Assembly (NCBI GenBank): GCA_000934665.2 | Contig: KZ538972.1 | Coordinates: forward strand, 1 to 38,023 | Length of the DNA stretch: 38,023 bases | Reading direction: 5' to 3' | Source of the DNA: Catajapyx aquilonaris | Lineage: Eukaryota | Shown: in pieces, positions 11,020 to 23,000 of the stretch | Layout: the number at the start of each line of letters is the position of its first letter | How positions within the stretch are numbered: the first letter of the stretch is position 1 | Position numbers and translations under genes: made by a program | Notes under the pieces: generated by a model | The model's input: only the letters and a program-made list of their open reading frames with translations | What the model was told of the DNA's origin: nothing | The model's database searches: none

Positions 11020-14000
11020 CTGTAATTAACAATATTTTAGAATTACTCAACATCAAATGTGCCAGTACATCCATATATACAGTCTACTAATATGGGGTTC
11101 TCATGCTACATCACTTGTGAGGAGATGGGACCTGACATCAAGATGTAGGTGGAAAGGGGCAGCAGCAAATGACACAATATTAACACGTTGTGTTGTAATG
11201 AAGCGTCTATAGCAGTTCGTTCATCAAACTGCTAATTTTGGAGCAGTTAAATCTTTCTGGCAGCCCTTAAAGGTAAGTGCTAATATTAGATCGAATAGAG
11301 CACATTCCTATTAGGAGTTGCCCATAAAGGGTGTCACGGTGACCTTAGGCTTTTCGTAACCCCACCTCATGTCATACATCATCATGCTGTGCTTTATGGA
11401 AGGCCCTAAATTGTTACCAATTAAACTTGCTCTGAAACAATGAGTCATTCAAGGTGGTTCTTTAATAACCACCCAATAAACTGGCCAAGTTCAGAGCACC
11501 TAAAGATTGCCTTTTGGCTTTCAGGTATACAGGGTGTATCTGAACTCAGTGCCCCGACGTATATGACTGCCTTCCTAGCCACCAGAGGATCGATTTAAGT
11601 ATAGGAATCATTATGTTTGGCCGCCGCCTTACGGAGATAATTGGCCGCAAACAAGTAGTACAAAATATCCTGTCGGTTAGGCCACCCATCGAACCCTCCC
11701 CCAGTCAGAAGGCTCTGGAAGGTCTGGGGGCGGGACTTTGTTGGTTTGTTGCCCACAGGTGGTAAGGCCTCTTTGGCTAGTTACACCAGAAAATTCTATT
11801 TAAAAGGCAGAAGGAGCGATTAGGCAAAAATCGCTAAAGAGTGTATCTCAGTAATGAGGCTGCCCAGACATATAACTCCTATACTTAAATCGATCCTCTG
11901 GTGGCTAGGAAGGCAGTCATATACGTCGGGGCACTGAGTTCTGATACACCCTGTATAAATGAAATAGTTCTGGAATCCAGGCCAAAACCTTGACCAATTG
12001 GCATCCATGTTCAGGGGCCAAATGCCATTTCTTCCCCAAGGAAAATCCCTTCAGTACTGGATGGTTGGTTGTAAAGAGGATCAGGTGTTATGGCCCCTTA
12101 TTCATCCCAAACAAACTTTTTGCTGGCCAATGCTGGCAGCCTAATTCTGCACAACTGTTACCGTCTAACCTTAACCCAACCTAACACCAGCAAAGAACAT
12201 TTTTGATAGTCCTTTAAAGTAACTGTTTAACAATCTTGTTGCCAAAAAAAAGATGCAGGCTTACAAATGTCATCCCATTGTTTAAAAAATACTTAATTGA
12301 CATGGTGTTAGTGTTCAGTTTCAGTAGCAGACATGTGCTATCATGCTGGTATGCAACTTTGGAGTCTGTTATCTAACCAGTATTAGCACTGGACCAACTG
12401 CTCCGGCCATACCCCAAGTTAACCCTGATCAAAGTTATGCATGTGCACTGTATATAACAGGTTGTCCATTTTAATTTTTTGATTAGCTAATTGGGGTGCC
12501 CATTCTTGCAGCCTGAGGACTCCCATTATGTACAAGTAGAGCTGGCCCTAATTTAATTTTACTCTCTGCATTTCACTGCTTTCAATTATGAAATCTAATT
12601 CACATAATCAAGGTGAAACTATAACAGTCACATGTCAATGTTTTATTCTTCTAAATGATTAGCTTAACGACAAGGTTTGCAAATGCAATTCCTATTCCTC
12701 TTCTACTGTAGTTGATGGGTGAAATTTTTGTTGCACTGCTAGTTACTGCTAGCTTAGCAGTACCTGTATATTGCATTGGTACTGCAAAGTTAACAGAAAC
12801 TAGCAGTGCGACGAATATTCCACCCGATATTTTGACTTAGGTATGAAATTTTTGAGAGTTGAAACAATGCCAGCGACCTCCCTCCCTTCCTTCCAATGCG
12901 CCCAACATTCCATATTTTCTATTAATCAAAAAGATATATCCGCTTTAACATAGGGTGTTTCACTAGATAGTCCCCCCAAAGAATCGACTACTGTATATTT
13001 TTCTTACCACTCTACCTAAAAACGTGATGTTTAGTTTAAAAGTTACCTTAGTTCATGGGAATATAGCACTATTCCCAACAAATGCTGGGATTGACCTTCA
13101 ACAACCTCCATATGCACTCGAATGCGACTCGACGTGACTGGCCTCATTATCAAAGATCCTCCGCAGCATATCCTCATAAACGGCCCGGCTCGCTTCACTT
13201 ATATTGCTTTCCAAGTCTTCTGATCTCGAGGCTCATTGTTGTAATCACAACTCTTCAAATATCCCCATTCGTTGTCGTGTCCATGAGGTACAGGATGTGA
13301 AGAAGCACTTCCTCACAGTCCTAAGCAACTATCAGTTAGGCTGTTGCCAGAACTTTTGCAGCTGCAGGAATGTTGGAAGTCACCATTCAGCTGACTGTCA
13401 CTTCAACTCAAGCTAGTATGACTGTGCCTACAGTATGTCTCACATACGGTAACAATACACATCAGGAATGCTTCACCTTCACTCTCGTCCAGTTCCAAAT
13501 GCAACCTTGCTGTCTCAATTTGATGCCACTGCTACGCTGTTAACCCACTTGGATGCAACTTTATGCGCAGAATGTTCCTCAGAATGAAGTGCATATTGTC
13601 ATGTGAAATCCCAATTTCCATTGCCATGTCCAACAGAGTCCCCACAGCTGTGACATGGGTTACATATGTTGCAGTATTGGGGGGCCTGCTCCAGGCTGGT
13701 GCTCAGTGCTTTCCTTGCCTTCTTTGAAAGCTTGTACCCACCTTGAAACATTACAGTATGGGAGGGCAGAGTCACCACATGCCTGCACATGGTGCTGTCT
13801 GGCAGATTTTCCACATGCAACCTGGATCTTGATGAAGAAGTGCTGCTCGAGTCTGGTGATGACAGCTGTTCCATGGTACACGTGAAACACACAATGCTGC
13901 GACTACTTTGTGACTGGTACTGTGGGGTTACCCAATTGACTCGAAGTGCTTATCCATTCTGGTCCCAGGCAGCAGGGGTGCCTTGTGGCACATTGTTGCC

Positions 14001-17000
14001 AATAATTGTGCATGATCCTTGTAATATCCTAACCAATTAAGAGTTTGGTTTACCTGGCTAAGTATCCCAGCTGCTTTATGCTGCCAATCAACAGGGTGTT
14101 TTCGGGCTTGGTTCTGTAGCAAGGCCATCATGTGCTGAAGCTCCTGGCGAATGCTCCTCTTTATGCCATCGATGCAGCCGAAGTCCTTTTGAGTGTCTGA
14201 AGACACCAGTCGACCAACAGCCTCTCTCCATGGACCAGTCAACTGCTCCTGTTGCTCAAGTTCTTGCTCATATGCCTTCAGGGCCATCCCAACTGCTTCA
14301 ACTTCAAGACATCGTTGCTGAAAGGAATCTAGTTACTTTTACAGTTCTTGAAAAACTGCACAATCCACATGTACATGCTACCGTGCACAACACAAAAAAA
14401 CCATCACGTACCTCCACCAACGACTGGCATGCAAATTCCTGTTCTTTACCCGTACTGACCAAGTAACCTCTTACCTGCGGACAAGTTAGGTAATATTAAT
14501 ACGTGCACCAGCCCCCTGTCCCAGTGCAAACTACAAGTCCCATTAACAAGTAGGTAACATTCAAAAACAGGCAAAGCAGATTCAGTTCCATGATATGTCA
14601 AAGAAAATTTGCACAAATTTTTTGTAATCATGATCTGATTGCCACACATCATTCAAAAATCAACTGGCCATATATGATCAATCCCCAACGTTCTTGTGTG
14701 TCATTTTAGGCTAAAACACAAATCAAGGCACTACCAGCTGATGCATGAAAATCATCAAGCTGGGGATACAAAAATGATTTTTGCAAGTCACCTGTTATGC
14801 ATCAAGTTAACTTCAGACACTACATGGCAAAAGCTGGGTTGGGATCTTACTTGAAGGTATAAAATAATTGATATGTACAAAAGTGGTTCTGGCAATCAAG
14901 AAAGGAATCCAAATTTGATCGGTCCACGATAATTGTAAATTTCTGGCAGCAACACATCATTAAGTGTTAAAATGACATGCTCTTTACTACTTCAGCACAG
15001 CCCTTGCACATTTTTATGGAATGGTATAATTGTATATATTCCATGTAAAAAAAAAATTCCCTTCAATATGGTAATGCAAATAACATTAACTCAGGAGCTT
15101 GGTTACCGTGACACATGAACTCATATTATGGTAAAATATCATGGCAAAAACCTTTTTATGAATGACATGCCATAAAGACATTCTGTCTTGTACGGAAAGT
15201 ATCAAGGCCCACGAAGTTAATGCCTTGTAGATGCTGTGGGTGTCCAATTCCACCTCATATACACATTCGTGGAAACATGGACTCTCTTGTGTCAAAGTGG
15301 TATTCCTGTGTACAGTACCCACCAAATGCATGCATGACAACCAAAGGCACACCTTCAAGCACACCTCTCATTTGTAACCAATGAGCATGACTTACAAGAG
15401 AATATAATAACATATCCATTTATATGAATATGAGCTGAATTCTGGATATGGTTTATCCCGTTTATCCTTTCAGAATTGGTCATTTGCCAAGAACTGACTT
15501 TGCCACATGTGTACAGGATGCACAAAAATAACTGACCCCACAGCAAATGTTCATAACAACACTGTTGCATAAATTCAGCCCTTCACCTCCTTGCAGAGAT
15601 AAATTTCAAAACAGATCTTACAACTTCCATGCTGTAACCAAGGAGCATATTCTCAACTGACAAGTACAGTAGCAAAGTCCTTGTAAAAGCATATGGCAAA
15701 AGAAACTCTACATTATGTTAGCTATGTTGCAATTATAGTGGAAATATTAAAGGTTAGTTTGCAATCTGATATCCTGATTCTGTTCCTCAGAAGAGAAATG
15801 AAAACCAGGCAACACACATCGTGGCCTGTCATGTAGCCCTCTTATCTCTGTCATATTTGGCAATTACAGCATGTGACAGTAGAGAGCGGTCAGCATAATG
15901 GGATAATAATAATTACATAGATCCAGCAACTGTAACTACAAAATATATGGCCCAATTAACTTTATAAAAGCATTTTGACTGATCGACTCCTCCCTTTGTG
16001 CATCCCGCAGGGGATTTATCTGTCAGCTGAGCCATCTTCGCACCTACCAACCTCTTTGATGCCTCATAGTACACTGATAAAAATCCCCTCTGTCAATTAT
16101 ATGGAAAGGTCACCCGTCACTTTCCAAATATTTTATTATCATTTATTTCTTTTATTTTACTTTTGGGGGAGATTTCCCCACCATTTCTTCATACCAGCTG
16201 ACCATTCTAGCATGGTACTGTAAATGTCAGGACCCTAAAGCCATTTTCGTACCATTTTTACTATCCTAATTTCATCATATCCGACCTACGAAGCATTAAA
16301 ATAAATATCTATTAGGTTAGGTTATTTGGTTTTACTTCTTCATACATGGGTTTCACCCAGCTCCATGTCACTTCCACCCTAGTTGTATGGATACGGTAGT
16401 TTAACATCTGTGTCTCCGCCAGGCTGGGAATTTGCCACTGGCGGCGCTACATTGTTTGCTATCCGCCATCTTTTTCAAGGTGCACTCTAGTGGTAAGTCT
16501 GCAGAAGAAAGATCGGGCCAATCGCGCCAGACTACCCGCTACCTACCACAGGAGCTGCACCTTGAACAAGATGATGTCTTAGCGAACGATGGGACACAGT
16601 TATTACACTACCGTATTCGAGGAGTGTCATAGGGCTGGTTTCACCTGATCCAAGTTAGTCTGAACATGGTTATATTGTACATACAACCAGTTGCTCTTAT
16701 AATGGAGCAAAAGGAACAAACTCTACTGTGCCCATTATTTACAAACAAACTGCATGGAGTAAAAAGAATGTAATGTGGTGTGTTGCTTATTCGTGGCCAC
16801 CCTGTACATCTGAACAACCTTTCGTGCACTATGAGTTGATTGCATGCACAACATATTACGTGAAAAAGTGTACACACAGACATAATACATACAGCAAGAG
16901 CACTGGAGAGCTCTTGCAAGTGTTGGTAATGGCCATGCTGAAAATTAACCTTCTTATCATCGCCTTCTCGTCGCTTTTCAGGCGAAGATTGTGGGCCATC

Positions 17001-20000
17001 CTTCAGCATAACTACAGCCAGTTCCAGAGCATCTGACTCATCAGATCTCACTTCCAAATCCCCTCCAACTCGGACCACAGATTCTTCTGATCCAGATTGC
17101 CATAACCCTGCTGATGACTGCCGAGAGTGGCATGGCAACAGCTCCAATGTAACTGGACTTTCCTGAGATTCAAAACTGATTGCCACTGATTCAGGTACAC
17201 ACTAGCAGAAAAAAAGATGAAAACAATTAGCACTCTCTGATAATAATTACAATTTACTGTCACTTACTGTTAAAGGATTTGAGTCCTCCACATTGGCATG
17301 ATTTTCTGCATTTTCTCCATCCATGAATCCGCTACTATCTGATTGGGCGCTGGCAGCTCTAAACAAGGTGCTAAGGGTGTCATCTTCTGGTTCCCATGCA
17401 GGAGTCACCTGAATGTCTGGAAGCTCATCCTCAGGCCCAGTTATCTGCTTATTATTAGAAAATGCGAAGTCAGAATGCAAGAAGTGGAGATGTACGCAGT
17501 GTAACAAACCTCTTCCATATCAAATGACTCGGAACAGGGGACTTGCTGATCTTTTGATGAGGTTGCACCTAATTCTTCACCATTATCAATACTTGCATCT
17601 GGCTCTTCCACACAGTGCTGCCTTTTCAAGCTTCCTCGACTCCTTTTTCTCTCATCCTTGTGAGACTCCTCCTCCAGTTGAAGATTCCTTGATAATTCAC
17701 ATTCACCTTCATCATCCTCACGTCGACCTTCTTCTAGACTCAGATTCAATTGTTTGTTCAGAGTATACTTTAGGAGCAAGCTTTTGGAACGTTTGAATGT
17801 CCGCATCGGCTTAACTAATGGTTCACCATCCCTTATATCACACAAATCACTTTCGCTCTGGGTCACATCAACTGTCCGATGCTTTTCGCCAAACAGCTTC
17901 TCCAGCTCCTCCCTAGTGTCGTCAACATCACTATCACTCTCAGAGCTCATACTCATAAAGCTCATGACTGACTCTTTGTGTATCAGCTTGTGTGGATGTG
18001 CTGGCTTCTGATTGGCATTGCTGTCAATATTGGAACTGAAATCTTGAAGGACATCATCATCTTTCACAGACTGGATTTCAACAAGGTCACCATCTCGTTC
18101 AATGGTGAAGGTCTTTGAGCCCAGGACCAGACGCCGCTTTACTTCAGGACTCTTCTTTCCTTGGCTTTCCAAGTACTCTCTATTGGCTGGATTGAGAACA
18201 CTGGTGGCTCGCTGAAGAGGTCCAGATTTAACTTTGGAAATGAAGCAAACTGTTTTGGCCACCTGTGAAAACTTTTTTCCAGGTTTAGGTGGTGGCTTTT
18301 TTCGCCAGCTGTCCAATGTATTGCCATGGCCAGCATTCCCAGTGCTATCCAACTGATGTAACAGCAGCCGCCTTTCATGTTCCTTCTCACAAATTTTCTC
18401 CAAAATGCGAGCCACTATTGCCGAAGGCCGTTGGCCAAAAGGTCCTGAACCAACAGGAAAGAAAAGCAAACAAAAGAAACTGAACAAACATAAACGTTAA
18501 AAATAAGAACTAATAATCAACTACAACTAAAAATTAATTAAACTAAACTGAATTGTGTCAACTAAATGTCCAATAATTTAAATAAAATGGTTATTTGATC
18601 CAAGAGAACAATAACTAAATTAAAAGTTAAAGATTGATATTGCATAAATTAAGCACCATTTGGGCTTAAGAACCTTTAATAGTCCTAATTTGTGATTGTC
18701 ACAATGTATCTTACATAGCAGCTCACAACAAGAACAGCTTACCATTTTCATAACATGAAAAGGTATTGTTAAAGCCAACCTTCATTAATAACAACCTATA
18801 TACAGTCCCATGAGATCCAACCTTGAAAACAGTGCAGCAAGACATCAATATTGGCATAATAATTAAAAGGTGACAATAAAATAGAGAAGTAGCTAGCAAA
18901 TCTTAGGACTGTCTCTCAAAATTCAGCCAATTAGCCTGAGTTGGAAGGCACCACATGAAGACGTTCATAACCTTTGTGTATGGCAGCTTACTTAAAGGAA
19001 CAATGAGCATTGTCATTGAGTCAGAAGAATGGCCCACTAATTTTTATCACAGACATGTTTAAAATTTCCAATTACATTCAGCTCGTTCCTAATTACAAAT
19101 TGAGTCAACATTTTCAACCATTGAATGCAAGAGTATGGATCAGAGTGTAGAGTAGTTGTTACAATGGTCGACTAGGTATCAACTTCACCTATGTACCACA
19201 ACACACAAATTGTGAAAATTGGCTGTTAGTTGGTCAAAGAATTGGTCAAGATTGTCAATCAACAGAGCAGGTATTATTTGACCTTTGAAAGACAGTCCTT
19301 GTTGCCTACTACTGAAAACTTTGGTTCTCACATATAGATGGTGTATCAAAGTGTTCAATTGGATTAAGGTCGTTGATGATACACACCGAGGCTCTCTACA
19401 AGGTGCAAAGTTAAGGCACAGTGCAAAATGAAAAGTAGATCCACATAGCTCAAAAACTACATCTACAACTTTTTTCGTACAAGTAATGAGTATTTAAACT
19501 TCAGTAGCGGGCTCCAATTTGATAATGATTTTCTCCACTGGCTCTTGAAATCGCACTGTGAGTTTAGATTTGCTATGTACAGCTGCTTGCCTACCATTAG
19601 TCAAGTCGCCTTTACTTTTTTTAAGCCTCTTAACTTTGCCACAGGCATTCTGAACGAACCTACGTGGAATATTTTTCTCCACTATCAAACATTGGAGATT
19701 GTAATCAAAAGGAACTTCAGGAGATGATCCAGCATTTGTCTCATTACCTGCAAGCATCATTTTGGTTAATAGGCGCTGAGGTAAAACCTAATTAATTCAT
19801 ACCTGTTAAACCTCGATACCCGCACAGCCCAGAGTCATACATCTCCCCCAGCTCCTGCTGATATTTCAGGAAATGCTCAAAGTCCACTCCTTTCACCTGT
19901 AAAAAAAAAAACAAAAGTCAATGTACCAGAGGAAGGATACAAAGGAAAATTCGATTGTACCTGTGATGGTCGTAAAAATCTCTTCGGAATGCGGGCCACT

Positions 20001-23000
20001 TCCGCATCGTCACCACCACCAAAGCCCAGATCGAGAAGCATCTCCTCAGCATCGCCCCTTCTTGCTTCCAATAGACTCTCCACACTGGAGAGACTAGAGT
20101 GGCTGGATGTGGCTGACACAACCGTTGCTGTGGACAGCTCTGACTGCACTGAGGCCTGCTTTAGCTGTGCCAGTGACACCCTCGGAGGTAGTTCCAGGTG
20201 TGGCTTGCTCGAGGGAGATATGGTGGTGATGACACCCACGGGGCCAGACACTGACATGGGAGCCTTGGCCCTGTTGTAAAAAATTGTTCTAATTTAAAAC
20301 TTTATCTCAAATTTAACACAGCTATTTACTATCCATTCACAATGAGCATGGCATGATGACCTCCTGAATTAGAAAACTATATTTACACTATATGGTGCCA
20401 GCAGAGTTGCACTTTTCAGTTGACACTGCAATGTGCATTGTACACTCACAAGCAGTGGCCTACTGCCTCTGCCTCTGCTCATCCTGTTACAAGCGTTATA
20501 ACCTGACAGTGAAACTTCCATCCTCTTGCCTACTGATAACATGTAGCATTTCCTGACTATCAAAAGCCACACATTGCCCTGCGTGGGAGGTATCTAGACA
20601 AAACCTGCTCTTCAGACTTGCCTGGAGGTGTCATCCAGGTGAGCATCGTCGAAATATCCAGCTGCAATGAAATAATAAGCTAATTAAAGTTACATCACTG
20701 ACTAGTGAGTTACCAAATACAGTATAGCTATGCTGCATAACACAACGCAGTCCCAAGGTGAACCAAGGGCAGAAGGCGACCTTGAATTTCTCACTGAAAC
20801 CCCTCTTCACAGCAGAAGCTACTCAGCATACTTTTGCTGTATTTACTACTGCATCCACCCAATTGATAAAAAGAAGTTAATATATCCATTTGCAGCACAT
20901 TACAATTAATTAGTGCTCCCAAGGATCTGCCTTCAGTGCATTAAAGCACACTTTTTTTTGCAGGTGTTACATCACTAGTTATTGCAACAACAATCAAGTA
21001 ATGAGGTCATTAGAAAGCATCATACCTTCTGCTCCAAGGCCCAGCGTGTCTTCAGCAGGTTCTAGAGCAACATCTTCACCGTCATCTTCCGTTCTGAAAC
21101 ACAACACACACACTTTTACTTGGCAAATCTAATTGCATTTGGTACATAATAGATGCGAAAAGCGCTCTTTATTTTTATTATTCCATTGTTAATGCCAGGA
21201 GTCTTGGATTGGATACAAATAGTAAATCAGAACAATGAAGATAAAAGACACCTGACTTTTTGTGGTTCACTCTGTATGATAAAAAACCATTAACTTCACA
21301 TCAGCAAAGACAAAAAAGAAATTATTTTGCAATATACTTGCACAAGAAAAAAAACTAAACACAGTGCAATGGAGATAAGTAGCTGTAATGTAGTTGGCAG
21401 TACAAAGCTGTCAGCTCAAGGTTGTCCAGTGAGTTTCTCACTTAAATAAAAAAAAATGCCTCCGAACTGCCTGGGACGCTTGTAAATCCGTAATGCATAA
21501 TACCTTTGTGATCAATAATGACCACTAAAATGCATTCACATACAATGATTGTGATATTTTCTTGTTTTCTCTACGCAACAAAAACTCTTACACAAAATGT
21601 TGCATTATGCATAATCATTTTCCCTTGCCACCATTCCATATTCCTTGTAACAATTTGCAATAACCTCCATTAATTACAACATGTCATTACGCCAATAAAT
21701 TTCAAGATTTTCCCCTTTCCAATTCAATCACCCCCCTCTCTCCCAATTATAATAGCCTGGAGGACAATGTACCTTATAAACAGGGTGATACACTACCCAA
21801 GTCTCATCATGTACTACAGAAACTTGCGCTTCAAATAGTTTCTATACTGGGTGAATGTAAACTCGCGTACAATCGCCAGGTAAACTTATAGTACTCGCAA
21901 AGCTAATATAGGGATGTGCAATTAGTTTTTGGTTCCGTAGTTCATGCGTACGGCGCCCTTAAAGTGTAGAGGGCCGGATGGTAGAATATGAGGCAAAAAC
22001 GACAAAGAGCACGAGTGTCGTACCCGGATTCTTACTCTGACGGGATTTGATCGCCTTTTGCACATGGACAATGTGTTAAGGGACCAAGGCAAGGTACTGG
22101 AGGCCCTCGAACTGACTTTTGCTTTTAGTAGCTGGCGGAACGGATGTGATGTCACAAAACTTAGACGCCGCCGTACCCATTAACCCTGGAACCGCGCCGT
22201 GCCTACGAGTATTACGGCTACCGTCTTTTCGGACCCCACCCTATTTTAATTTTTATTAATTATTATATAATACTTTTCAATGTATTGACTATATACAATC
22301 ATTCTTTGAGCAATGCCTAAAATGATCGCTAATTCAAAATAAACCTGCACTTCCTGTTATATACTTTATAATTGATATTTAAGGAGGTTGGCCCAGCATT
22401 GATTTTCAACCTCCTAGGATAGGGAAGGAAGGAAGCGGCTGTGGGCTATTATACGGAAGCAACCCCGGAATTATCCTAGAAAGACCGTGGAAAACCCCAG
22501 AAAACCACGGTCAGGGTTGTCGGCCCCAGAATTCGAACCCAGGACCTCCCGATTAGCAGTTGGACGCCTTATCCACTATGCCAACCTGCTTCGGTCCTGT
22601 TATATACTGTAAAAAAATGGCAAAAGTTCATTGTAATTATCATTTTAATGCATTTTTTTCCTTGGGGTCCAAAAAGACCCCACGTCACGGTTCCAGGGTT
22701 AAGTATGCAAAGGAGCCCAAAACTAATTGCAAATCTCTATATTAGTTTTGCAAGTACCGGTACTCTAAGTTTACCTGGCGATTGTACGCGAGTTTCCGTT
22801 CACCCTTGTACAGAGTTGCATCTCATACAAAGTACTTCAACCCTAATTAATCTAACTTCCTATACACACTATCTTTCCAATTTTTAGGGCAATTTATTTT
22901 TATTTTTTTGCCATCTCTCAGTAAAAAAAAATTGCAACACAATAGCCATCCCCTGCACTTGATCCCATCCCTTGACATCCTGAACAGATTTAATCCGGAT

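Larger units (their letters stand above)
21847..22808. mobile_element. Old TIR element (~90-bp arms, degenerate TA-CAGGGTG ends) hosting a piggyBac MITE
   Basis: 21849-21936 is inverted relative to 22712-22805. Confidence 0.7.

Noticed and set aside
17413..18483. Plus-strand ORFs overlapping exons H-I (and similar ones over A-C, F, L, M)
   Set aside because: Antisense shadows of real exons, with no coherent splice chain.
22510..22595. tRNA gene
   Set aside because: A and B boxes present but no complete cloverleaf or acceptor stem; followed by a SINE body.
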